This document shows, piece by piece, positions 25,961 through 38,116 of a DNA stretch of 64,000 nt. Both the position numbers and the translations under genes were made by a program. Origin of the DNA: Puccinia triticina. Taxonomy: Eukaryota. The DNA lies in contig CP110440.1 of assembly GCA_026914245.1 (NCBI GenBank), forward strand, positions 1,426,001-1,490,000, given 5' to 3'. Position 1 is the first letter of the stretch. Each line of letters starts with the position of its first letter. The notes beneath the pieces were generated by a model, which saw nothing but the letters and a program-made list of their open reading frames with translations, had not been told where the DNA came from and made no database searches.

Positions 25961-27080
25961 TTTCTTCTGTTCCTGCGCACGGCAATGAAGTAGTAGATAT
26001 ATGGTGAAATGTGGGGTAACATAAACTGGCAAGATAGCTAGGCTAAATAGTTTTCCTCTTGAACCGATTCAAAGGGGTTGAAACTCGAACACTGGTGCTC
26101 CCAGCAGGTCGTTGCCATGTTCCTCCAGCAACGACCTCAGCAGCGCAGGGAACCAAGTCACCTTCTCCCTGCCGTCTAATCGGCGTCGACTGCCCAGGTT
26201 TCCCAGGAATTAGAGTGGTCGTTGCTGCCACCCACCCTCGAGTAAGCACAAGTCCCCGTTGACGGTCTTGAGGCCCCACCTTTCATGCATCTCAATCCTT
26301 CCAACAATTCAGGGCAGAATCCTCTACTAGCGCTTGTTTTGCATTCCATGCCCGAGACGTCCGAGGGCTGAAGAATGCACCAGTGCAAGCACTTCGACAG
26401 TCTCCAGGCGAACATCTCTCAGGTCGCCAGAGAAGCAAACCAATCAGAGGGCACTTCCATGCAGTCTCCCATAACATAGAAAAATTGCCGAGTTTTTGGG
26501 ACGCTGCCTGGAATCAACTGCTGAGGTTTAGGGTTCTGTTTCTTCCTTGTTCTGTGCTTTCTCTGTTTTCAAACCTGCCGCTCCTCTTTTGCAGTCTATA
26601 ACATGCATGTAGTGACCTGAGGAGCAGAGTGTTCTGCTGCCCAGGCAAGTTCCTTTCTTTCCCTTTCCTTTCCTTTTCTATAATTTGTGCAATAACAACC
26701 CTTCCACAAACTCTCATCATCTGGGTTCTGCTGCCCAGGATGACTCACTACAACATCACCTCCTATGCAAGAACAACGGGCCCGCCCAGAATCGTGGCTT
26801 GGCCCAAGCCTGGTGGCTATGATTAGAAAACCAGAGCTTTCAAATCAAGGGCATGGGATTTGCAATTTCTGCCGGCACCATCATAGGATGACATATTTTA
26901 TCTGACGATGAATGCAGCCTGTTTTTCACAAATACCAAGTCTTCTGGTAAATATGTACATAATGGAGCACCTTCCTACGGCCCAGAAGGTGAGCTGTCAT
27001 GAACCAAGCTCAACAAAGCCACTTGAACTGTCAGCCACTGAGACAATTGTCCATGTGTCTACAATGTCAATTACAAGTCA

Positions 27081-28806
27081 CACTGCGGGCATCTTGCTGT
27101 TGCTGCGGGCCGCAGCAACATCATGACGCTGCATATCAGAATGCAGCGTCAGCTGCAGCGACATGGCCGGCTGATTTGCCTTTGGACAGCCGGCCACCAC
27201 AGTACATACATAACAACCTCTTGATGACCGGTCCTTGTGCCGGCCATTGAGAGGATTACACACTCCTCTCACTCCTCTTGGTGACCATCTCATGGACCGG
27301 TCATTGGGAGGAGTCCACACTCCTCTTGATGCCAGCACACACCGGCGTCAAGAGGAGTACAGAAACCTCTTGATGGCTGGCACAACAACCGGTGTGGAAC
27401 TCCTAAAAGATCAGGAAAGAGCTGTGAGGGGAAATAGTCAACTACACTACTAATAATGTAGAAGAGGCTACGGGTGCTGGTGAGGCTGCCCTCTTGACTA
27501 ATGCTGATGGAGAGAGGGTTACACTAAGAAAAAGAAAAGGGTGTGGCTGATGATTCTCTTTGACTTAGATGGCTTTAACACTTTATGAGTCTGAGGTGTA
27601 TCAATCCTACTGAGTGAGAGAGGAGAAGTGAGAAGGGGAAAAGCAGAAGCTCTTGGGAGTCACTCTGAGATGGGTAATGAGATATATGCTGGGGGATATA
27701 TTTCTATGGTGATGAAAGTGTATCTAAGTGTGATGTGTAAAGGTGCTACAGAGGGGATGTAGTAGAAAGTGCATGATCAGGAATACAACATCTAGAGGGG
27801 TGTTTATATATGTGAGAAGTACTACAGGGGGGTGATACATGATGAGCACATAGTAACAATATCTGAAGATGAGCAGTAATGATGAAGGTGCAATGACCAA
27901 GGAGTGTACATGAAAGGTAACTATGTAGAAGATGAAATAATGATGAGCATTTGATAATAACTACAAGAGCTATGAAGGAATGTACTGCTGATATCATATG
28001 AAGAGGAAAATGAGTAATGAAGTTTATGTAAGATCTGCAGTCCTATGTAGCTATGATACTAATGAATGATGTATGTAATAATGCTAAGGATATGTATGAA
28101 GAAAATACCTGCCAAAACTATACATGCCAATAACTGCTGATCCATTTGGAAATCCTAGGTGAAATGAGTGGGTGACTAGGGGTAAAATGGGGTGTAGAAT
28201 CTGAATATTAAGTAATAATGAAGTATTTATGAAGGGTTTTGGTGATATGAGGGTGATAGTATGAACAGGAACAGGGTTACCACACCGGTCATCAAGAGGA
28301 GTACACACTCCTCTTGATGGCTGGCCCAAGGCCCGGTCATCAGGAGGAGTACATACACACTTCCCTTGATGGACGGCACAGACCGGGCATTGAGGTGCAT
28401 GTACTCCTCTCAACGCCGGCCTGTGTTGGCATTGAGAGGAGTATGGATTCCTCCTCCCAATGACCGGTCCTTGTGCTGGTCATCAAGAGAAGTGTGGACT
28501 CCTCCTCCCAATGACCAGTCATTATGCTGGTCATCAAGAGGAGTGTGGACAACTCTCAACAGCCGGCACAAGGACTGCTCCTGATGGCCGGTCCTTGGGC
28601 CAGCCATCAAGAGGAGTGCATACTTCTCTTGGTGACCGGTTGTTGTGCCGGCCATCAAGAGGTGCGTTGTGTGTACATACCCCAGTGGGTATGGCTGATG
28701 GACAGCCGGCCAAGTGTTGCTGCAATACTTGTTGCGCAGGGTTCAAATCCCCACTGAATTGTCAGATGTCGCTATGGTCCGCAGCAACATCAAGATTCCC
28801 ACAGTG
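27081..28806. mobile_element. Non-autonomous CACTA-like element with CACTG termini
   Basis: TIRs CACTGCGGGCATCTTGCTGTTGCTGCGG / CCGCAGCAACATCAAGATTCCCACAGTG; 3-bp TSD TCA; interior is the hairpin minisatellite. Confidence 0.8.
27393..28284. mobile_element. Solo LTR inserted in the CACTG element
   Basis: TGTGG...CCACA termini; 4-bp TSD CCGG. Removal restores a minisatellite unit (ACAACCGGTCATCAAGAGG). Confidence 0.75.
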
Positions 28807-29642
28807 TCATGTAACCCAATGGCTAATTAGGGCTACCTTAAGATCAACCTTGATCTTGTGTAAGATCATGTGTTCAAGTCCTGCTTTTGTCTTATAATAT
28901 TACTTTGTTTGTAATCATTACTTTATATGTACTAAACCATATGATTTCACACTTATTATGTATTTTCCATACAGAGAGAGATAAACTTATCTCTCTATGT
29001 ATTTATCCTTATTGAGAACAAACTATGTACAAATAGAGAGATTACATAATTATTTATGTAAATCCCTCTTCTGAATTCCGTGGTCCTCTTCCTCTCCTTG
29101 GAGTTAAGGATCCCTCTGGGGCCTTGACTCAAAGGAAGATCAGGATCCTGTAATATAAAAGGGGGGGATCTTTCCTCTGGAGAGATCTTTCCCCCAAGAT
29201 TATTACCATACAAACCCGTGCACCTTACTAGAATTATAGTGAGTGGGGTTTTCCAATAGTCTACTAACCTTTTCCTTTACAGCTTCAATCTCCTTCGTGT
29301 ATTTTCCTAGGTACAGGTGGGTGTCATAACACCTGTATCCTAGAAGAACAAGAAGCTCATTCCTTGTTTTGAGCAACGGCACTTGGCTTGATTTATCGCC
29401 ACGTCCCCTTACTTAAGTAAGGGTGCTAGCCCCTCCGCTTCCTAGCGTCGAGGTGAGGTTTCTTTCCACTGGCTTTAAAGCTATAGTGCGACCCCTTATC
29501 CGCTGGCTGCTACTTAGCCGCTACAGTGTGAACCTAAAACCTATCAGCCCCGTGTCACATAAGAGACCGGCGCTGACATGAACAGAGGGACCAGCCTCAC
29601 GGGACCCCGCGCGGAGCTCTCTCCGTAGGAAATGCCTATGAA

Positions 29643-30125
29643 CAACACTGGGTTGCTACGCTAACCATAGCGGTTAGCGTAGCGTAGCGCAGCGCGAATG
29701 CGCTATTTTTTAGCGTAGCGTTAGCGCAATTGCACACATATGCGCTAACGCTATGCGCACGCGGTGCGCAGCTATTTTAGCTGATAGCGTAGCGTTAGCG
29801 CAGATGCGCGCAATTGCGCTAACGCTACGCATGCAGGGCGCAAAAGAGCGCGCGCTACGCTGCGCTACAGCACTTTAGCGGGAAAAAAGGGCTTTTTTTC
29901 CGCTAAAAGCGGTGTAGCGCAGCGCAGCGTAGCGTAGCGACTGTAGCGGCGCGCTAACGCTAACAAAGAATTGGCGCGCTGTTAGCGCCGCTGAAAATTA
30001 GCGCAGCGTAGCGGCGCTAACAGCGCGCTAACGCTATGCAAAATAGATGGGCGGGTTTTTTTCCGCTACGCTAACGCGTAGCGCTGAAATAGCGTAGCGT
30101 AGCGTAGCGTAGCGACCCAGTGTTG
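29643..30125. mobile_element. MITE with (TAGCG)n interior and 7-bp TSD (possibly P-element superfamily)
   Basis: TIRs CAACACTGGGT / ACCCAGTGTTG; TSD CTATGAA on both sides. Confidence 0.85.
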
Positions 30126-30575
30126 CTATGAATGATATCTTTTGAACCCCAAATATCAACAAATTTTTTTAGGAAAAGTTGAATAGACAGAAAGCTTTCC
30201 TTACGGGCACCCACACATCAATGCAATCATACATTTCCAATGCATGCCTCTGACAGCTTCACTCATCCACAACCGTTGAATTCTTACAACCTCTTACTCT
30301 ACCTAGCCTACTCATTGCCAGTCTCTGCCCACCACTTCCACCCCAGTTCCATCCGCTGCCGTGGTTCACCTAACTCTCTGCTGGACTAGTCAGTGCACAC
30401 ATCTGGTCTGTCAAAGTCCCGCACCGGCCTTCCGCTTCAGTTTTTTCCCCATTACCCAATCCTCTCTTCCCCGTTTGATCAAGCTCACAAGATTGTTGTT
30501 CAATTACAACCTCAATAACTTAACTGATGACAATTCAAAGACTACGTGGCCATTTCAGAGCAAAAATACGGGACA

Positions 30576-32020
30576 TCATTTGTGAGGTGACTTGGCAAAA
30601 TTAACAAAATCACTTGAATAATTAAAGTCCAGGAAGCTCTTTGTGTAAGCAGTAGCCAGCCAAGGTAGTTTCTGGATATTTGCTTGGAGTTCGAGACTGT
30701 ATGCAGCTAATTTTTTTGTTTCCATTGGTTCGAGGAAAGTCTTGAGATGTTCTAGAGTGATCATTTTTGCCTTATGAAGGAAGTCGGCGGTTCTGAAAAC
30801 AAATTGTTGGAACATAGTGTCATCGGAAGCGGGTCCGGCAGGAAGGATGGTGTGCGGCATCTGTTCCGTCGAGTCTAACGGCCCATGCAACAGATGATTT
30901 AAACTTTTGAGCCAGTCCATTGTAACCACATCAAACACCAAATCCAGAGGATCCCTTGTTAGTTTCCCCGGTTCAGGACCAAATAAATTATATGATCCGA
31001 CTTCCAGGCTTTTCTCGTTCGTGTTTAATTTTTCAATTGGCGCCGTGGAGATCGTCCCCTTGGATCCGGAAGGCGCTTTTAATCTGGAAGGCCCGCTCGA
31101 AGGCCACAATCAATGGGAACGATCAAATTTTCAAAATCAATGCTTGCATTAATCCGAATATAACACGATTGGATCGTACATTCTTGTGAACATTAAGCGC
31201 CTTCTAAGACCGTCTGAAGTTGTTTGTACCGGCACGCGAGGTTCAAGCACAACCCGCTTGTCTAAGAGCTGGAACATCGGATCTAGCGCGCAACGTGTTA
31301 TGAGCAAGTGAATCGCCATTAGTTTTTCAAATTTTGCCAGTGACTCCTCATTCCTTGTGTACGCGGTCGACGCATCGCTGCTTGTCGGGAATTTGCGCTT
31401 CCAGATCGAGTGCTGCCGACGTTTGGTCTTGAGTAATTTCTCGAACTTTAAGAGATGTTCACGCAAAATTTTATAATCATTACGGAGTGATTCTCGCCCT
31501 GGTATTTATGCAAGTGTTCCTGGCCTCAGTTTCCAAAATCGTGGAAATCTTGAAAAGAGAGTGAATTCATGAAATTTAATACGTTGTTCGCTTTCCGGAG
31601 AGACCGCGAACTTTTTCTCTGGCAGATCCAATCACAAACAATCAATTTATTTTTCTTCTTAAGCTTTACTACACGGCAAGATCTGTAACTTACGTTTTTG
31701 GTCGACTGAAAGTGCGGTTAGTTGAGGGTCTGAAACTTTTGATGCGTCTAAGCACATCTTTCCAGAACTCGAAGGCTGTTGAGTATCTAGAGCACGTCCT
31801 AGAGCAGGAGCTAGGAGGGAAGTGGTTTCCAGATTTCGTGGGACATCATAGGTGAATAATATGAATTTGAATATTTCGATGAGGAGCCGGAGAAAAAACC
31901 TTTTGCGCCTTGATCTGCCCCATGAAAGAGTTGATATGCAGAGGTGGGCTTGCCTATATACTGAGCCGCTTGGAAGCAGTACAAAACAAGAGAGGCTAGT
32001 CGTTGGCGCTTCAAAAGCAT
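30576..32020 (-). CDS. Predicted secreted protein of unknown function, multi-exon, possibly 3'-truncated
   Basis: With a GC-AG first intron the N-terminus reads MLLKRQRLASLVLYCFQAAQYIAPALGRALDTQQ (signal-like). Further exons match ORFs 31149-31466 and 30576-31109 (FQQFVFRTADFLHKAKMITLEHLKTF). Last junction not resolved. Confidence 0.55.
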
Positions 32021-32264
32021 GGCGCGCGTTGAACGGGAGGCAAAAGAAGCGTCAAGTCAGTCTGTTTGGTTAAAAGCAGAGGATTTGTGTCTTTCCATTT
32101 CTATGAACAAGGATTAGGAACAGTTTGAGCTCCTGGCCTGGGTCTGTAGCCGGGCTACATACCAGTTCCGATGTCTCCAGTGTGTGTCAGCTTGCTTGGG
32201 GCTGAACTTGTAAACATGTAGCAAGTCCCCCTAGCTTAACACAAGCCCCTTGCTTCAGAGTCTA

Positions 32265-33934
32265 CACGGCAGTTGCGCGGATTAAGGTTTCGCCCGTCAA
32301 AACTGCCGTCAAAGACAAAACACCCGCCTGATTGACCGCCCACCTGTCGGCCTCCGGTCAGCCGTCAAACTGCCAGCCAAATTAACAGCCGAACAGCCGG
32401 CACTTGACTTCAGGCAAGTTTAACATAACTTGCCTGGGGTCGGTTGGCCGACGAACGCGCTTGACCTGACAACAGCCGGTGGGAACAGTGGCAAGATGCC
32501 GGCCTCCAGGCTAACCCCAAAAAAAGGGCAGAGGGCCAAGACAAAGTCCGCCCATCAGAGGGACACGTCACCCTTGGCCCTCTCATTTTTTCCAAGTCCG
32601 CTCATCGGATCACCGCCACCCTCCATCTGCCCCACCCTCACCAACCCACATCCTCAGATGTGTCCCTCTGCCCCTGCCTCCTCCTTGCCCGGCCCACACC
32701 CCATCCACAGCACGCCCACCTCCACATCACATCCTCCATCAAGCTCCGCACCTCGCTCAGCTCTCACATCCTCCATCGAGCTCCGCACCTCGCTCGGCTC
32801 CATCGGCTCCTTCCGAGCCACGTTCAACTATCGCTCCTCCTCGTCTTCCTCCTCGCCTGCTCGCTTCTGAGCTTATTTTTACTATTGGTTGATCTTTCCA
32901 ACCACAGGGAACGTTGTGAGGACCCGCCGAGATTTGTGCGGTCACTGATGGCCAGGCCTTTTCTTCTCATCACGGCCTCCAAGCTGAGGGAACACCGCAC
33001 CAGCCAACCACGCCAAGCCCATGATGAGCCCATCCCGCCGGCTGAGTTCAAGCAGCACTTTGGCTCTGTTATCGGTTGGTCCTCGAGAACTGGGTGGTGT
33101 GGCTGAGAGACCGAGAGGCTGATGCTCCTCATTTGCTTCTCCCCCGCAGAGTTGTCAAGCAAGGCATTGGGCAGCTCGATCGTTGCCGTCTCCATAAAGG
33201 GTGATCATCAAGCTCGGCGTTCCCTCAGGCACGATTGTCGGGTTCGACATCAACACGACCCTCTTTAGTGGCAACGAAGCGACGGCCTGCTCGGTCTATG
33301 GCCTCGACAGACTCAGCCCTGCCCCGGACTCGCCGGATGATGCTCAGGTGTGCCCTCCGCGTATAAATAAGTATGGGGACGAACCGCCGCAGGCAGAGTT
33401 GTTGGCGCTTCTGGAAAGAGAAGCCGCACTCTCCCTCTAGCTCGGTATCAAATTGATTTTTCTCTCCCATTTCCCTCTTGCCATTTATTCATAGAAAAAG
33501 CTGGAAAAAAAAACATAGAAGAGCCAAAAAAAGAACAAAAGCGATGTAAAAAAACCATAAAAACCAAAAAAAAGTGCCCTGGCGGCCATAAAAACTTTTT
33601 GAGAGTGCCATGCGAGTCGACCCAACAAACTGGGTCAAACCTGCGTGATTAGCGGGCAAATCGCCGGCGATTTGTGGTCAAAGGGCGGTCAAAAAGCCCT
33701 GACCGGTTTTTGTAGGGTCTCGGGTTGGACGGCGAGTTGCCGGATGGGTCAAGGTGCCCTATGTTTCGCCAGCGCGTTCTCTGATTGCGCATTGGCGGGG
33801 GTGCCGCCAAGTTCGGCGGTCCGCTTGATGGTTGACCGGAGGCCGGCATGTGAACGGTCATGAATGGCTGGGGCGCGTCCGTCAAATTGACGGCCGAACT
33901 TTGGGCGCTTCGGCGGCGATGTGCAACTGCTGTG
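32265..33934 (+). mobile_element. Pack-type non-autonomous TIR element, copy A (allantoicase cargo)
   Basis: TIRs CACGGCAGTTGC / GCAACTGCTGTG flanked by TA; terminal regions shared with copy B. Confidence 0.85.
33020..33347 (+). pseudogene. Captured allantoicase fragment with intron
   Basis: EPIPPAEFKQHFGSVI-(intron)-ELSSKALGSSIVAVS, then VIIKLGVPSGTIVGFDINTTLFSGNEATACSVYG, matching the allantoicase W.IIKLG...I.GFDIDT.HF.GN pattern. Confidence 0.75.
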
Positions 33935-33936
33935 TA

Positions 33937-35566
33937 CACGGCAGTTGCACAGATTAAGGTTTCGCCCGTCAAAACTGCCGTCAAAGACAAAACACCTGCC
34001 TGATTGACCGCCCACCTGTCGGCCTCCGGTCAGCCGGCAAAATGACCACCAAACTACCAACCAACCCGCCGGATTTTGCAGTCAGGTAAGTAACCCGTAA
34101 CTTTACCCCAGTCGAATGGCCAGCAAAATTACCTGACCAACAATCCGCCGCCGGCCACAGCATCAACATGCAGTCAACATTCACTAACGGCCTGCAGATT
34201 GGCAACGATGGGCAAGCAACACCTCGACAACTCCTCCCGTTTGCTATGTAACCCCCCAAAAAAAGGGCAGAGGGGGCCAAGACAAAGTCCGCCCATCAGA
34301 GGGACACGTCACCCTCGGCCCTCACCCATCCACCCGCCTCATTTTTTCTAAGTCCGCTCATTGGATCACCGCCACCCTCCATCTCCCCCACCCTCACCAA
34401 CCCACATACGTGTCCCTCTGTGCCTGCCTCCTCCTTGCCTGGCCCACACCCCATCCACAGCACGCCCACCTCCACATCGCATCCTCCATCAAGCTCCGCA
34501 CCTTGCTTGGCTCCATCGGCCCGAGTCAGCCTGTCAAGGTTCCCTGTAAGCCATCTTGGGGTCTTTCCTCTTGCCGTCTTGCCGGCCATCTTTGATCACC
34601 CGCCTTGATGAGTTCATGGCTGACTCAAGCTCCATATTGTCTTTCATTTTGCTGGCATGGGCGAATTGAATGCGCGTCTTGGGCTCGCTGACTTCGGCAT
34701 GCTCTTGGATCCAATGTGGGAACGCCAAACAACCCTCAAAGGTCAGACTACGGATGACTTGAATGACGGTAACTTCTGGCACGGATTAGGCAAATCAATT
34801 TAAAACTTTGGACTGGGTGGGATTGCTGGTGCCTGTAAGCTACATTCCAACAGCGTCGTATCGGCCGAAACCATTAGATCGACGGCTAATCTTGCACGCT
34901 CCCTTACCGGCTGTACATTTCTGACGTCTTATAAAACTCATTGTCTGTATAAGTAGGAGCCACGACTGTGTATCCAATCGACCTCGTGAAGACTTGTATG
35001 CAAAACCAGCGTATTAAAATCGTCGGAGAACTTCTTTACAAGAACAGCATGGATTGTGTCAAGAAAGTATTCAAAAATGAGGGCTTTACCGGCTTTTACC
35101 GAGGTCTACCGCCGCAATTAAAAACTGTAAAATTCAATAAAAACAAAAACAAAAAAGTGCCCAGGTGGCCGTAAAACCAAAGTGAGCGTGTCTTGTGAGT
35201 TGACCCGAGTATGTCTGCCAAAAGGGATCGGAGAGCTGTGAGCAGCAGTGGATCTGGAAGTGAGCGTGGTTTTGGGCTCGGGGTGATGTGATCAGCCGGC
35301 AATTGTGGTCGAACAGTGAGCAAACGGCCCTGATCAATTTTGTAGGGGGGCTCGGGTTCGACGGCAAATTGCCGCTGGGGTCGAGCCACCCTTACTTTTG
35401 CCAGCCGCTTGCCCAATTGCGCATTGGCGGGGGTGCCGCCAAGTTCGGCGGTCCGCTTGACGGTTGACCGGAGGCCGGCATGTGAACGGTCATGAATGGC
35501 TGGGGCGCGTCCGTCAAACTGACGGCCGAACTTTGGGCGCTTCGGCGGCGATGTGCAACTGCCGTG
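33937..35566 (+). mobile_element. Pack-type non-autonomous TIR element, copy B (mitochondrial carrier cargo)
   Basis: TIRs CACGGCAGTTGCAC / GTGCAACTGCCGTG, TA on both sides; head-to-tail with copy A, sharing TA 33935-33936. Confidence 0.85.
34630..35120 (+). pseudogene. Captured fragment of mitochondrial aspartate/glutamate carrier (Agc1/Aralar type) with intron and stop
   Basis: HIVFHFAG...RLGLADFGMLLDPMW...KSI*NFGLGGIAGA-(GTAAGC..TAG intron)[19 protein letters not shown]...[33 protein letters not shown]; contains the carrier PxDxxK motif. Confidence 0.85.
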
Positions 35567-35923
35567 TACATCTATAGATTAACACAAGGTGACCCACGCT
35601 TCGGAGGTCCCTGGTACAGCCTCGGCTGGCGCGAAGCGCGAGCCTCCGAGGAACTTGTGACGCAAGTCCCCGTGAAATTGCCCCACATCTTGGAGTGTAG
35701 AAAATATCTCGCATGATCGGTCTTTTGTTGTCGTCTAATGAGCGCATCTCTTGATCCGTGCGCGTTGCGTAGAAACTTTTAAACTTGTCATAGATAATAG
35801 ATATTTTTGTTTCTGATTTTGAACTTTTGTTTCATGGTTTCCGACCCGAGTTTGACACGCGCGTTGAAACGGCCGGTCGTAGGAGCGGGTAGGATGCCGG
35901 TAATCCACTGAGTGCGCTTGGTG

Positions 35924-37153
35924 TTAAAAATCGGGCGGCTCTGGCGTCGGTGTAGCCATCAAGGGCTGGTGGCTGGGGTGCGGAGCTATAGCTAGGCTGG
36001 GATGGGTCTGAGCTATTTGCGCTGGTTTGTTTGGCAGCTTGGTGCTGGTGGTCTTGTAGAAGATAAGCTGTTCAGCTTGTCCCGAGGGAGCCATTGCTGG
36101 CAGAGTCGACTGGCTTCGTCCCTCCCGACGATCTATACTATCGTGTCTTGGGTCGTTGCGGCCTAGGACAGCAGCATTCACATGAACTGGGTGTTCAGTG
36201 ATTCCCGGGCTCTGACGAAGAGGTTGAACTGGACGTTGAAAAGGTTGACTAGACTCGTCACCTCCTACTCCTCTTGAATGACTTCCATTGACCCGGAAGA
36301 ACTCTCCATGCGTGGGGTCGGAGCGAGCGGAAGGAGGGCTGGGCTCGGAGAGGCTGTTGCTCGTCAGCCTTCGTGAGGGGTGGCTGTAGAGCTGGTCACG
36401 AACGGACGGCTGAGAAGCTCCTTGTAGCTTGCTCTTGGGTAGTTCTTCACTGTACTCACTGTCTCGAGTGAATCGATTCGGATCCATGGCCATGGACGTG
36501 GCTCTCGAGTTGTACAGAGCTAATGAGATTCCCGTGCCCGGCGAAAGGGGTTTCCCTTCCGGAAAGACCAATAGATCCTCGTGGACCGTAGGCAAGGCTG
36601 ACTCTAAGTCTTCGAAGCCTCTCTTTGGCGGCGGGGCTAAGTTTGTAACGGAGGCGTTGCTCGGCTGAGATATCTTGGCCATTTCTGAGGTGCGGAGGCA
36701 TATTGATCAGCTCAGATGTTCTGGCTAGGTGAGATTTCCTTTCTTGTTTCTTCTTCTAATGGACCTCGTATTGTTAGTCTCTGGACAACAATTGATAAAC
36801 TACGGTCCTCGCAAGGTTGAGGTGCTTTGCGAGGAGGAATAGGGTCCGTTGACGTGACGATCAGAGTACACTCCAAGATATTGATCCAGTCGCCTTCTTT
36901 AAGCTTTGCAACACGGCGGTTATCGGAATTATCAAGCTCTGCGCTGTCCTGCGGGACTAGTCCTTTTTCAGCGAAGTCTATCGGAGAAAATAGACAAGGG
37001 GATGGAGAATATTTGGGCTTACTTCCAATCGATTTATCTCTTCTTGGTGCTAAGGGATTATAGGAGAAGAAATTCAAAATCATTAAGGAACGACCCGAGA
37101 GGACGGCTATTATGGCAAAGCCAGTCAATACCTCTCAGGGCCCTGTGACTCAT
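35924..37153 (-). CDS. Hypothetical Ser/Pro-rich protein, probably multi-exon
   Basis: 252-aa open frame at 35924-36682 preceded by an acceptor-like CCTCAG; upstream ATG and GT-AG candidates. No recognised domain; exon structure unresolved. Confidence 0.35.
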
Positions 37154-37935
37154 GATTGATCGGGAATAGAAAGTGGGAATGGTGCGTCGCCACTGCCAGC
37201 TCTGATCAAATCAAAGGCAGTGGCAACGCACTCATTTATATTCCCAATTCTCACCTCCATCACCAGGAAAAATAAATTGTCACCAGACATCAGGTGACAT
37301 CAAGAAACAATGACTGTCACTTTGTTCCTGCTCTGGTGCTACCACAAACAGGCTACAATGGCCCCTTTGTTTCCTACAGGGGGATGTCCATGCGGCCAGC
37401 TGTGCAGCTGGTGGGTACACAGCGGGGCAGATCGAGAAAAAGTTCACCGTCCAGACGGCGCCCCCGCAGTACAGGCGCCAAGGAGTGCGCCACCATGACC
37501 CACAGTCACACTGGCGCCCTTGCTGTTGTACACTGGGACGTACGGAAGCCCTAGAGGGACACGCATCCGGCCACCGTTTTGAAAAATCAAAAAATGTGAT
37601 TTCACAAAATACAGATGCATGAAACATGTACCACATGTATACACCTTCCAACTTCGGAATTCCATGAAACAAGAAGTTGGATTCTTGAATCAATGGCCGG
37701 TGGAGATCGGTCATTGATCTCAGAGCTCATATTTTCGTGTGAGAGCTTGAGAAGGCGTACCATGGGACCGCAGATTCATCAACAACTCCTCGGTCACCGG
37801 TACTGACCGGTCAGCCAGAGCGGTACACACCGGCCATTGGGAACGTATTCCCCTCGATGGCAGGTCTGTTCGGTCATTGAGGGCTCCCCTCAATGGGCTT
37901 TCCTCTTGGTCATCAAGATGAGTATACGCTCCTGT

Positions 37936-38116
37936 AGATGACCGGAACAAACCGGTCATCAAGAGGAGTATGTACTCCTCAGGATGACCGGAACGAACCG
38001 GTCATTGGGAGGAGTATGTACTCCTCAGGATGACCGGAACGAACCGGTCATTGGGAGGAGTATGTACTCCTCAGGATGACCGGAACAAACCGGTCATTGG
38101 GAGGAGTATGTACTCC
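37936..38116. repeat. 46-bp tandem repeat of two alternating hairpins (about 4 copies, more degenerate ones upstream)
   Basis: Unit GATGACCGGAACGAACCGGTCATTGGGAGGAGTATGTACTCCTCAG contains ATGACCGG..CCGGTCAT and GAGGAGTA..TACTCCTC. Cut by the Gypsy LTR. Confidence 0.9.

Noticed and set aside
28810..29640. LTR-like segment starting TGTAACCC with a TATA-like motif
   Set aside because: No matching right end or TSD could be found, so boundaries are unsupported.
37552..37800. Possible DNA transposon left end (GAGGGACACGCATCCGGCC)
   Set aside because: No matching inverted terminus in the window, so the superfamily cannot be assigned.
37936..38116. CRISPR-like palindromic repeat array
   Set aside because: Units are head-to-tail with no unique spacers, there are no cas genes, and the context is eukaryotic TE sequence.
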